A stretch of 64,000 nt of DNA from Chloroflexota bacterium (GTDB lineage Bacteria; Chloroflexota; UBA6077; FW602-bin22; JBCLEL01): positions 5,411 through 69,410 of the forward strand of contig CAXXUG010000010.1 in the NCBI GenBank assembly GCA_963664835.2, written 5' to 3'. Under the pieces are notes generated by a model. The model was not told where the DNA came from and searched no databases. It saw only the letters and a list, made by a program, of their open reading frames with translations. A program made the translations under genes and the position numbers. Positions 37,649-46,426 of the stretch are shown in pieces (positions within the stretch are counted from its first letter, which is position 1; each line of letters starts with the position of its first letter).

Positions 37649-38707
37649 TTGTACGTTAGGGGCTTCCTGGTCGCCGCCATCGCGCTGCTAATGGGCGGAC
37701 TGATCGCGTTCGCCTACACGCAGCTATTTCCAACCGAAACCGTTGGGATCAATCTGGGTGAGCCTGGGCCTCCCACAATGGCTGATACGGTACCGACTCC
37801 GACCATGGCATCCGGCGGTACTGAGAGTGCTGTGGCTCCGGCCGGTCCGACGGCCCGTCCGGCCGAACCGACTCCGACGCTAACCGCCACGGCCAAGCCG
37901 GCGCCCACTTATACTGCGACGCCGCCGCCGACGCCCACGCCGGGCGCCCCAGTTAAAACTGGCTCTCAGCAAGAGCCATCAATCCCGGCACCATTCGCGG
38001 TGGCGATTGACGCTAAGTCGGGGGCTGTCCTCTATGCCCGGAATATACATGGCCGAGTGGCGCCGGCGAGCTTGACCAAGATAGTGACCGCGTTGGTCGC
38101 GATCGAACATGGCGACCTGGATGAATGGGTGGCAGTAGAGTTCGACGACGAAGAGCTCTTCGACAGCACATTGATGGGGATACGGAACGGAGAGTGGTAC
38201 ACGCTGAGAGACCTGCTGTACGGGTTGATGCTGCCTTCAGGCAACGACTCGGCGTTGGCCATCGCAAACCACATCGCCGGTTCCGAGGAGCAGTTCGCGG
38301 AGCTTATGAACATCAAGGTGGGCCAGTTGGGGCTGACGGACAGCCACTTCGTCAACCCGCACGGACTTGACGAGCCGGACCATTTCTCAAGTCCTTATGA
38401 CATGGCGATGATCGCGCGGCATGCGTTGAACAACTCGTTCTTCGTAAGCCTGTCGGAGGCCAGGACCTGGGACGTAAACGGCACGAGAGGCTACACCATA
38501 TACAATCTGAACAGGTTGCTGGGTAACTATCCCGGCGCCGACGGAGTCAAGGTAGGATACACCGAGGCAGCAGGACCTTCGATAGTCGGATCCGCCACCC
38601 GAGACGGCAACCAGGCGATAGTCGCTTTCATGGGAGGGCGCGATACCGCGGCGGAGAGCATAGTGTTGCTCAACTACCTTTTCGAGAACTACACGTGGCC
38701 GGATTAG
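37649..38707 (+). CDS. Serine-type D-Ala-D-Ala carboxypeptidase (S11, PBP5/DacB-like) with TM anchor and Pro/Thr-rich linker
   Basis: SxxK (PASLTKIV), SxN (LPSGNDSA) and KxG (KVGYT) motifs. N-terminal TM segment followed by PTPT-rich spacer. TTG start. Confidence 0.85.
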   Translation: MYVRGFLVAAIALLMGGLIAFAYTQLFPTETVGINLGEPGPPTMADTVPTPTMASGGTESAVAPAGPTARPAEPTPTLTATAKPAPTYTATPPPTPTPGAPVKTGSQQEPSIPAPFAVAIDAKSGAVLYARNIHGRVAPASLTKIVTALVAIEHGDLDEWVAVEFDDEELFDSTLMGIRNGEWYTLRDLLYGLMLPSGNDSALAIANHIAGSEEQFAELMNIKVGQLGLTDSHFVNPHGLDEPDHFSSPYDMAMIARHALNNSFFVSLSEARTWDVNGTRGYTIYNLNRLLGNYPGADGVKVGYTEAAGPSIVGSATRDGNQAIVAFMGGRDTAAESIVLLNYLFENYTWPD

Positions 38708-38774
38708 GGAAATAGCCGCCGGCTTGCCGTGATCGCTGACGATTCAGAGACGCATCACTTGCGGAGACTGATTG

Positions 38775-39947
38775 ATGCCCTTTTCCCCATCGGATCGAAC
38801 TAACTTATTCACCGAGTCAGTCATCAGGGAGATGACCCGCCTCTGTCACCTCTATCAGGGCGACCAGGGCATCAATCTCGCTCAGGGGTTTCCCGATTTT
38901 CCGGCGCCGGCGATCATGAAGTCGGCGGCTTGTGCGGCTATCAATGACGACATCAACCAATACTCGATCACCTGGGGAGCGGCTGACTTTCGCAGGGCAA
39001 TTGCTTCCAAGCTCAAGCGGTTCTATGGCATCGACGCAGATCCCGAAGCGGAGATAACGGTTTGCTGTGGGGCGACCGAGGCGATGATCAGCAGCGTAAT
39101 GGCGATCGCCAACCCCGGCGACGAGGTAATCGTATTCGCCCCCTACTATGAGAACTACTGGCCGGACGCGGTCCTGGCCGGCGCGACTCCTCGCTTCGTC
39201 GAGCTCCACGAACCTGACTGGGAAATCGACTTCGACGAACTGCGGCGGACGTTCAACCCCAAGACCAAGGCAATCATAATCTCGTCGCCCGGCAACCCTA
39301 CCGGAAAGGTTTTCGGTCGGTCGGAGTTGAACGCGATCGCAGAGCTGTGTATCGAGCACGACGCGATAGCGGTGACCGACGAAATCTACGAGCACCTCGT
39401 CTATGCAGGCCGGCACGTTCCGATGATGACCGTACCGGGGATGCGCGACCGGACCGTCCTGATCAGCGGCCTATCAAAGAGCTACAGCGTTACAGGCTGG
39501 CGGGTCGGTTACGCGGTATCTCAGCCGGCAATTACCGCGGCGATTCGCAAGGTCCACGACTTCCTGACTGTAGGGGCGCCGGCGCCGCTGCAAGCGGCCG
39601 GCGTAGCGGCGATGAATCTGCCGGATGAATACTATTCAGGGCTTCTGGCGGACTACCGGGAACGACGGGACTTTCTAATTCCGGTCCTGCAGGACCTGGG
39701 ATTCAAGTGCCATGCACCCGCCGGCGCCTATTACGTAATGACCGATTTCAGAGCGTTCGGATTCGAGGACGACTACGCATTCGCCGAGTATCTGGTGAAA
39801 GAGATAGGCGTCGCGGTAGTACCGGGGAGCAGCTTCTATCAACGGCCGGGCGCGGGCCGGAGCCAGGTCCGGTTTTCATTCTGCAAGAAGATGAGCACCC
39901 TGGAGCGGTCAGCGGAGCTGCTGACGAAGATCCGCAGGGTGCGGTGA
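38775..39947 (+). CDS. Class I/II PLP-dependent aminotransferase (YbdL/KAT-like)
   Basis: INLAQGFPDFPAP...NPGNPTGKVF...SGLSKSYSVTGWRVGY (PLP Lys). Confidence 0.85.
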   Translation: MPFSPSDRTNLFTESVIREMTRLCHLYQGDQGINLAQGFPDFPAPAIMKSAACAAINDDINQYSITWGAADFRRAIASKLKRFYGIDADPEAEITVCCGATEAMISSVMAIANPGDEVIVFAPYYENYWPDAVLAGATPRFVELHEPDWEIDFDELRRTFNPKTKAIIISSPGNPTGKVFGRSELNAIAELCIEHDAIAVTDEIYEHLVYAGRHVPMMTVPGMRDRTVLISGLSKSYSVTGWRVGYAVSQPAITAAIRKVHDFLTVGAPAPLQAAGVAAMNLPDEYYSGLLADYRERRDFLIPVLQDLGFKCHAPAGAYYVMTDFRAFGFEDDYAFAEYLVKEIGVAVVPGSSFYQRPGAGRSQVRFSFCKKMSTLERSAELLTKIRRVR

Positions 39948-40037
39948 CAGTGAGCCGACGGCTCTTGTAGCGCGAGCGCCCCCGGTCTCCTGGCATCTGC
40001 AAAGCTCATTGCCTAGACTTCGCGGTGGGGCCGGGTT

Positions 40038-40502
40038 TCAGCCGCCGGAGTCGACGACGTCGCTCACCACGGCGGCGCCAGGGCTATTCAACATATCGCG
40101 GATGTATTTCGCAAGGCCCGGTGAGGTTCTTAGATTTTGAACTTCGTCGGGGCGAACCCATTGAATGGCGTCGGCGTCATCGCCGGCGAGTGCCTCTCCA
40201 CTGACCCAATCGGCGAGTAGATCGATTATCACGAAGTGGTATTGGATGCCGGCTTCGGTCCGACCTATCCGGTTGAGCACCAATCTACTGTCCCGCAACT
40301 TAATCTCGATCCCACACTCCTCACGAACCTCTCGGACGGCGGCTTCGGTGATCGTTTCGCCAAATCTCAGATGTCCGCCGGGGATGCTCCAGGAACCGCG
40401 ATGGGGCGGTTTTCCGCGCTGGACTAGGAGTATTTCGTCGCCTCGCCGGACCAAGACTCCGACGGCGACCACGGGCTGTCGAGAGTTTGATTCGCGGTTC
40501 AT
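40038..40502 (-). CDS. NUDIX hydrolase
   Basis: Nudix box GGHLRFGETITEAAVREVREECG. Confidence 0.85.
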   Translation of the reverse strand: MNRESNSRQPVVAVGVLVRRGDEILLVQRGKPPHRGSWSIPGGHLRFGETITEAAVREVREECGIEIKLRDSRLVLNRIGRTEAGIQYHFVIIDLLADWVSGEALAGDDADAIQWVRPDEVQNLRTSPGLAKYIRDMLNSPGAAVVSDVVDSGG

Positions 40503-40916
40503 TTAAACGGATACTCCGGTGTGATTTGAGCGTTTCGAGCCGGATCGCGGAAACCCCATCACGTTGAGTATCGCATAGTAGACGCTAATTCGAATGAGGA
40601 TAATCCAGAGGTACGAGCAGGACCGTTTAATTCTCGCCAGAGTCTATGGGATCCTGGCCCAACGGCAGATCGCGAATCGGCTCCAGATCGCCGTCGCGCT
40701 GTCCTGTATGGTCAAACCCTTGTCGTTATCCTCCGAGATTTGCCACCAAATTCAATGACCAAAAGCCGCTTTGAGAATGCATTGAACCTCTTGTTACAGG
40801 GTCAATGCTGCCAGTAGAATCCTCGCTATCTATTGATAACCTCGGGCACAGTTCTACACTCCGCCGACGGATCAGGCCTGCGCGGCCAGGACAATACCCT
40901 GAAGGATATTTGCTGG

Positions 40917-42806
40917 ATGTCAAGCAGTGCGACTGAAGAGCGTATTACGCTAAAACACCGCTGGGAAGTGCAAGCCATCAAGCTCGCGATGGAAAACCAG
41001 TGGGAAAAAGCGGTCAAGGTCAATCAAGACATATTGGAATGGTTCCCCAAGGATGTAGAGGCTCGCAACCGACTCGGACATTCGCTGACCAAGTTGGGTC
41101 GTTACCCGGATGCATTGGCCGCTTATCGAATTTCACTGGAGCTCGATAAGAGCAATCTGATCGCAAGAAAGAGTATTTGCCGCCTGACCGACCGGATAGC
41201 CAACTCCAATCTCGAGAAGCGCAAGAAATACGACTATACGGAGATTGTTCGTACCTACGACGCGGCTGCTGGTACTTACGAGATCCAGAGGGGCGCAAAT
41301 GAGTCGGCGCCGCGTAATGACCATAGTCCTACACGCCATGGTGCAAATAATGGGGGGATCAGCAACACTGCTGATGGTACCGGTAGCAGGCCAGCGCGCG
41401 CTCTCAATTTACGCAACTACCAATCGAATGCGGTTGATGCGCTGAGGGCGGAGCTACGGGCCGGACATAAACGGATAATACTGTGCGCCCCGACTGGTGC
41501 TGGCAAGACTGAGACTGCGATCCACGTAATCCAAGAAGCACGGGCGAAAGGAGAGAGGGTGGCGTTCGTCGCAGATCGAGTGGTACTGGTAGCCCAAACT
41601 AGCCAACGCCTTTCCCAATACGGGATCCCGCACGGTGTTGCCCAAGGAAGCAACACGCGTGGAGGTGCTGAACCGGTACAAGTATGGTCTTCGCAAACGA
41701 TCGCGAGGCGCGGGCGCTGGCCTGATCTCGACTTGTTGCTAATCGATGAGGCTCATACTCAGCACAAGACGCTCCTGTCATTGGCTAGACGCTGGGACGG
41801 ACCCGTGATTGGTCTGACCGCAACGCCGTTGACTCCGGGATTGGGCAAGCATTATTCCACCGTCGTAAACGTGACCACGACAGACAGGCTCTTGGCCGAC
41901 AGCTACCTAGCTCATCTCCGGGTTTATGCCGGCAAGGAGATTGACATGACCGGCGCTCGTAAAAGGGCTGGAGAATGGCAGAACGTCGAGGTCCGCACTC
42001 GCTCACGCCCTATCATCGGCGACATCATCGGGGAGTGGGAGCGCCGAACACGGGAGCACTTCAGCGGGCCAGTGAAGACGCTCGTCTTCTCAGCAGACGT
42101 GGCCCACGGGGAGGAAATCTGCCGGGCTTTCAAGGCGGCCGGCTACAATTTTCGGCAATCAACCTATCGTGACTCCGGCAAAAAGGACGAGGAAATGATC
42201 GAAGCCTTCCGCCGTGGAGATTTCAGTGGCTTGGTATCGGTGGAGAAATTCGTCAAGGGATTCGACGTGCCGGATGTTCAATGCATCATCGGGGCAAGAC
42301 CATACTCGTCGTCGCTCGCCATGGTTATCCAGCAGATGGGCCGGGGGATGAGAACCGCTCCCGGAAAGGAGTATTGTCTCTACCTCGACCACGCCGGCAA
42401 CGTTGCCGGATGGTACGGGGACATACGGGCATTTTGGGCGGACGGCGTGGATGAGTTGCCGGGCGAGGAAGTCCGTCCTCGAATACGTCGTGAGGGCTCG
42501 GAGCGGGCCGATGTAGTTTGTAGATGCGGCTTCATATTACCACCTGTAAAGCGAGATTGCGGGGCTTGCGGCCGCAAGCGTGAAAGGAGGGTAAAATCGC
42601 CAAGGCGGCCGGACGGCGTGCCGTTCACGACGGCACCGCCGGGCCGCAAGCGTGAAAGGCGGGTAAAAGCGCCAAGGCAGGCGGCAGGAGCAAGAAAACT
42701 CTCGTTTGTTACCGTATTGGCGGTCGCAACATTGCTGATCGTTTTCCAGGTGCCTTTTGCTATGGCTGTATTGGCTATGTGTTGTTGGTGGTCGCAACAT
42801 TGCTGA
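40917..42806 (+). CDS. SF2 helicase (ResIII/DEAH plus Helicase_C) with N-terminal TPR-like region, C-terminal Zn-ribbon, basic repeat and hydrophobic tail
   Basis: Motif I CAPTGAGKT, II LIDEAH, III GLTATP, VI QQMGRGMR. Zn-ribbon CRCG..x..CGACG. GRKRERRVK(S/A)PR occurs twice. The tail is FVTVLAVATLLIVFQVPFAMAVLAMCCWW. I chose the start at ATG 40917, and the ORF track offers 40833. Confidence 0.8.
   Translation: MSSSATEERITLKHRWEVQAIKLAMENQWEKAVKVNQDILEWFPKDVEARNRLGHSLTKLGRYPDALAAYRISLELDKSNLIARKSICRLTDRIANSNLEKRKKYDYTEIVRTYDAAAGTYEIQRGANESAPRNDHSPTRHGANNGGISNTADGTGSRPARALNLRNYQSNAVDALRAELRAGHKRIILCAPTGAGKTETAIHVIQEARAKGERVAFVADRVVLVAQTSQRLSQYGIPHGVAQGSNTRGGAEPVQVWSSQTIARRGRWPDLDLLLIDEAHTQHKTLLSLARRWDGPVIGLTATPLTPGLGKHYSTVVNVTTTDRLLADSYLAHLRVYAGKEIDMTGARKRAGEWQNVEVRTRSRPIIGDIIGEWERRTREHFSGPVKTLVFSADVAHGEEICRAFKAAGYNFRQSTYRDSGKKDEEMIEAFRRGDFSGLVSVEKFVKGFDVPDVQCIIGARPYSSSLAMVIQQMGRGMRTAPGKEYCLYLDHAGNVAGWYGDIRAFWADGVDELPGEEVRPRIRREGSERADVVCRCGFILPPVKRDCGACGRKRERRVKSPRRPDGVPFTTAPPGRKRERRVKAPRQAAGARKLSFVTVLAVATLLIVFQVPFAMAVLAMCCWWSQHC
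42570..42680 (+). repeat. In-frame 72-bp-period direct duplication inside the helicase 3' region
   Basis: ggccgcaagcgtgaaaggagggtaaaatcgccaaggcgg (42570-42608) versus ggccgcaagcgtgaaaggcgggtaaaagcgccaaggcag (42642-42680), with 3 mismatches. Confidence 0.85.
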
Positions 42807-42849
42807 TCTTTCGTCTTCCCAGCCGGCTACGCCTCGAGTAGAGAGATTG

Positions 42850-44118
42850 TCAATCATCCCATCTCTGGACTGCCAAGCATGCGTTGTGGCCGCCGAACGC
42901 GAGTGAGTTGGAGATGACTCGCTTTGCCGCAACGGACCGGCCTGTGTTGGGGATATAGTCCAAGTCGCAGGCAGGATCCGGCGTGTCCAGGTTGATCGTC
43001 GGATGAAGGAATCGATTGCGGAGGCTCATTACAGACGCAACGAACTCGACCGCGCCGGCGGCTCCAAGCGTGTGTCCGATCATGGACTTCGTGGCTGAGA
43101 TGGGAATATCAAAGGCGCGGGCGCCGAAGGCCTGTTTCAGGGCCACGGTCTCGACCCGGTCGTTCAACTGGGTAGATGTGCCGTGGGCGTTAACGTAGTC
43201 AACCTGCTCTGGATCCCAGCCGGCGTCATTCAGTGCCATCGTTATGGCCCGGGCGATTCCGTGTCCGCTCTCATCCGGCGCGGTTATGTGGTAGGCGTCT
43301 GAACTGGTGCCGTATCCGGCGACCTCCGCCAAGATGGTCGCGCCGCGTTCACGCGCGTGGTCGAGGGCTTCCAATGTGATGACGGCAGCGCCTTCGGCCA
43401 TAACGAACCCGTCCCGGTCTCGGTCGAAGGGGCGACTGGCCAGGGTTGGATCGTCGTTGCGGTGTGAAAGGGTACGTGCGGAGCTAAAAGCGGACATCAC
43501 CAGCGGAGTTATGCCCGAGTCGGCACCGCCGGCGAGTACGGAGTCAACCACACCGCGCCTGATCAGGGCGGCGCCTTCGCCAATGCAATCCGCCCCGGTG
43601 GCACAGGCGGTCGAGATTCCCCTGCTTGGCCCGAGCAACCCGAAGTCTATGGACACCTGCCCGGCCGGCATATTGGGCAACATCATTGACGCCAAGAATG
43701 GACTGACGCGCCTGGGCCCCTTGCTGGCGATGACATCCGCCTCGGCCTCAAACGTGGCGAGGCAGGACAGGCCGGTACCTATAACGACGCCGATACGCTC
43801 GTCGAGGCCATTGGGCCTGCCGGCATCGCGACCCAATCCAGATTCGTCCAGGGCGGCGCCGGCGGCTGCGACAGTCAACTGGGTGCACCGGTCCATTCTG
43901 CGTGCGGCCTTGCGGCCAAAGAGAGTCGCCGGGTCGAAGTCCTTGACTTGACCGGCTATCCGGCTGGGGAAGACGTCTGGCGAAAATCCTTCGATCGGTG
44001 AGATGCCCGATTCTCCATTCGCCAGTCTGTCCCAGAACTCGGCCGGATCGTTCCCGAGGGGGCTCGCGAGTCCCATGCCGGTGACGACAACTCTTTGTTC
44101 CGAGGGTCTTGACGTCAA
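42850..44118 (-). CDS. Beta-ketoacyl-ACP synthase II paralog
   Basis: VVVTGMGLASPLG, ACATGADCIG, NAHGTSTQLND, GHTLGAAG, FGGHNACL. Confidence 0.9.
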   Translation of the reverse strand: MTSRPSEQRVVVTGMGLASPLGNDPAEFWDRLANGESGISPIEGFSPDVFPSRIAGQVKDFDPATLFGRKAARRMDRCTQLTVAAAGAALDESGLGRDAGRPNGLDERIGVVIGTGLSCLATFEAEADVIASKGPRRVSPFLASMMLPNMPAGQVSIDFGLLGPSRGISTACATGADCIGEGAALIRRGVVDSVLAGGADSGITPLVMSAFSSARTLSHRNDDPTLASRPFDRDRDGFVMAEGAAVITLEALDHARERGATILAEVAGYGTSSDAYHITAPDESGHGIARAITMALNDAGWDPEQVDYVNAHGTSTQLNDRVETVALKQAFGARAFDIPISATKSMIGHTLGAAGAVEFVASVMSLRNRFLHPTINLDTPDPACDLDYIPNTGRSVAAKRVISNSLAFGGHNACLAVQRWDD

Positions 44119-44158
44119 TCTACTTCTCTAAGAGTTCAGAGGAAAAGTCGTTCTGAGA

Positions 44159-44638
44159 CTACTCCACTCCCGCCGCGGCCGCGAGCTCTCCGGCATGCTG
44201 GGACTCATGATCGGCTATGAGCTCGAACAGGCCACTGACCGTGGTGGATGCGCCCGAGGCGCGGAAGCCGGTCAGATCCAGATTGCCAGGATCAGTATCG
44301 GCAAGGACCTGAAGAGTCGTTTGACGCTCCGCCTCGAGCCGTTCCAGGATTTCATTGACCGTGCGGTTACGGAGCTTGCGAATCTGCCGGTCGTTCCAGG
44401 TGTCGAGGTCGAAGCCGGCGGGTGGCGCCGTGTCCGCGGCGTCCAGTATCCTGGAGATTCGACCGCGCAAACCCTGCTCGGCGGAGAGCAGGTGGGCGAG
44501 GATATCGCGCGGCGGCCAGTGCTGGGAATCCGCGCGATTAACGTCCCAATCGTCGGGACCGATCTTCGCCACTAGCTCTCGGAGCGAGCTGTGGGAGTCG
44601 GCGAGCTTTTGTCGAAGTGCGGCGCGACGGGTATCCAT
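44159..44638 (-). CDS. DinB family protein
   Basis: Four-helix DinB pattern (ILAHLLSAEQG ... IADHESQHAGEL). The start at ATG 44638 follows GAAGGAGGTG. Confidence 0.75.
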   Translation of the reverse strand: MDTRRAALRQKLADSHSSLRELVAKIGPDDWDVNRADSQHWPPRDILAHLLSAEQGLRGRISRILDAADTAPPAGFDLDTWNDRQIRKLRNRTVNEILERLEAERQTTLQVLADTDPGNLDLTGFRASGASTTVSGLFELIADHESQHAGELAAAAGVE

Positions 44639-44699
44639 TCCAGCCACCTCCTTCGGAGGCAATTTCGCGGCGGATTTCAACTGAGAAGCATGTTAGCAC

Positions 44700-45491
44700 T
44701 TAGACGCCGGCGGAGACACCGCCGTCGATATTTATGGAAGTGCCGGTTATGAAACCTGCACGGGCGGAGACGAGAAAAGCGACCAGGTCCGCAACCTCTT
44801 CGGCCTCACCTATGCGGCCCAGGGGGATCGATTCGCCGGCTTGGGCAAAGTACTCTTCGAGAGTGCCCCGCTTGCCGGCGCGTTCCCATGCGCGTCGTCC
44901 CTGGGCGCTCCTGATTGAGCCCACGCAGACCGTGTTGACGCAGATGTTGTCGCCGGCGTAGTCCTTAGAAAGGGCCTTGGTCAGCGCTATGCCGGCGGCG
45001 CGGCTAACCGAGGTCGGCACCGAGCCGGCTGGCGGTTGCTTGCCTCCGGGAGTGGTGATGTTGACTATACGGCCGTTGCCGGACTGGCGCAGGTAGGGTA
45101 GGGCGAGTTGGCAGCACTTCACGGCAGCGAAGAACTTGAGACGCATGTCGTAGTCCCACTCTTCATCCGGGACGTTGTCGAACTTGTGCGCCGAGGACCG
45201 GCCGGCGTTGTTGACCATGATGTCCAACCCGCCGAATCGTTGAACCGTCGATTCGATGAAGTTCTCCAAGTCACTGTATGCGGTGACATCGGCGGCGACC
45301 GCGAGCACTTCTCCGCCGGTCCTGGCGCGGATATCCGCCGCGGCCTGCTCAAGAACGTCGGACCGGCGGGCGCAAATCGCGACCTTGGCGCCGGCCTGGG
45401 AGAGACGCATAGCGATCGCCCTGCCGATCCCTTCGCTGCCTCCGGTGATTGCGGCGATCTTTCCTTCGAGCTCGAGGTCCATGTGACTCAT
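44700..45491 (-). CDS. SDR family oxidoreductase
   Basis: ITGGSEGIGRAIA, NNAG, ITGTSINIDGG. Confidence 0.85.
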   Translation of the reverse strand: MSHMDLELEGKIAAITGGSEGIGRAIAMRLSQAGAKVAICARRSDVLEQAAADIRARTGGEVLAVAADVTAYSDLENFIESTVQRFGGLDIMVNNAGRSSAHKFDNVPDEEWDYDMRLKFFAAVKCCQLALPYLRQSGNGRIVNITTPGGKQPPAGSVPTSVSRAAGIALTKALSKDYAGDNICVNTVCVGSIRSAQGRRAWERAGKRGTLEEYFAQAGESIPLGRIGEAEEVADLVAFLVSARAGFITGTSINIDGGVSAGV

Positions 45492-45929
45492 CCAAGTCTC
45501 CTTTCAATCGAAATTAGGTAGTGCGTCGAGGATCGGTTCGATGATCCAAGCGCGGGGTTGTCTGGCTTTATGCAATATAGGCGAAAGCGGCGAAGCCGCC
45601 AAGTGAAACGGCCTTCGGCCGACTTAGTGGATAACGCGATAGTTGGACAATTTTGCCAGGGGTCCAAATGTGAACGCCGACCGTTTGTTTTGCAATTTTC
45701 ATATGTTTTTTGCGAGGTTCTTTGCCCCCATGTGAGCCAGAAGGCCGGAGGGGGCGAACTGCGCAGTCGTACGGAGTTGGGAACATTTGTTTTAATTATA
45801 GCAGTTTGGGAGGGATGATGGAGGCGCAAGGGTCCCGACGGCTAGAGGGCGACGGTGGAGTGGGTGTGGCCGGCGGAGGGGACGAAAATGTGGGTGAGGA
45901 CTAGATCGCGAGTGCGGTGCCGGCAGGCG

Positions 45930-46060
45930 CACCCCTTGCGGGGGGCGAACCCCAGAGCTACGCCCCCTTTTCCGCCTGCGTGGGATTGTCGAGGTAGCGG
46001 CGGATTTGACGTAATGCGTGGCCGGAATGACGAGTACTGCCACTGGCGGGAAGAACGAAT
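45930..46060 (+). repeat. Degenerate copy (R8) of the intergenic GC-rich repeat
   Basis: ccttgcggggggcgaaccccagagctacgccccctttt...ccgcctgcgtgggattgtcg...ggccggaatgacgagtactgcc resembles the core and 3' modules of R4. Confidence 0.4.
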
Positions 46061-46122
46061 TGGAGGGCCGACGGGCGACGTGGATAGACCGCCGGTTGAC
46101 CTTTTGATAAGATCAAGGCGCT

Positions 46123-46236
46123 ATGAATGCGAGGCAACGGAGAACGCTGTACCGGGCGGCGCTAATAACTTTCAGCATCGTGATTGTGGTGGCATTGGTT
46201 CTGCCTACGGTCTTGCCGCCGCAAGGTCCTCCGTGA
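46123..46236 (+). CDS. Possible 37-aa single-TM small protein
   Basis: MNARQRRTLYRAALITFSIVIVVALVLPTVLPPQGPP has a basic N-terminus and one hydrophobic helix. There is no clear RBS, and homology could not be assessed. Confidence 0.25.
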   Translation: MNARQRRTLYRAALITFSIVIVVALVLPTVLPPQGPP

Positions 46237-46426
46237 CCGGCTGCCTGACCTCTGATTGACATAGTGTTTGCATGTCCGCCGGTCCGTTAGGTGAAAGGCC
46301 TAGCCCACGAGGATTAACAAGACCTTTCTCGTTCCCCTCCCAAGCGAAAGCATGGGAGATTTCATCCGGATCCAAGACCCTGAGCGCGTCACACTTGGTC
46401 GTTGCGACGGGTTGACACGTTAGATC

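Noticed and set aside
45488-45829. 113-aa minus-strand ORF upstream of the SDR gene
   Set aside because: It has no RBS and an implausible composition, and it spans an AT-rich non-coding stretch. I treated the area as intergenic (see the finding on 45492-46426).
46030-46050. gccactg 'B12-box-like' string suggesting a cobalamin riboswitch
   Set aside because: The string lies inside a degenerate copy of the dispersed repeat. The other conserved cobalamin-riboswitch elements are absent, and the downstream genes are unrelated to B12.
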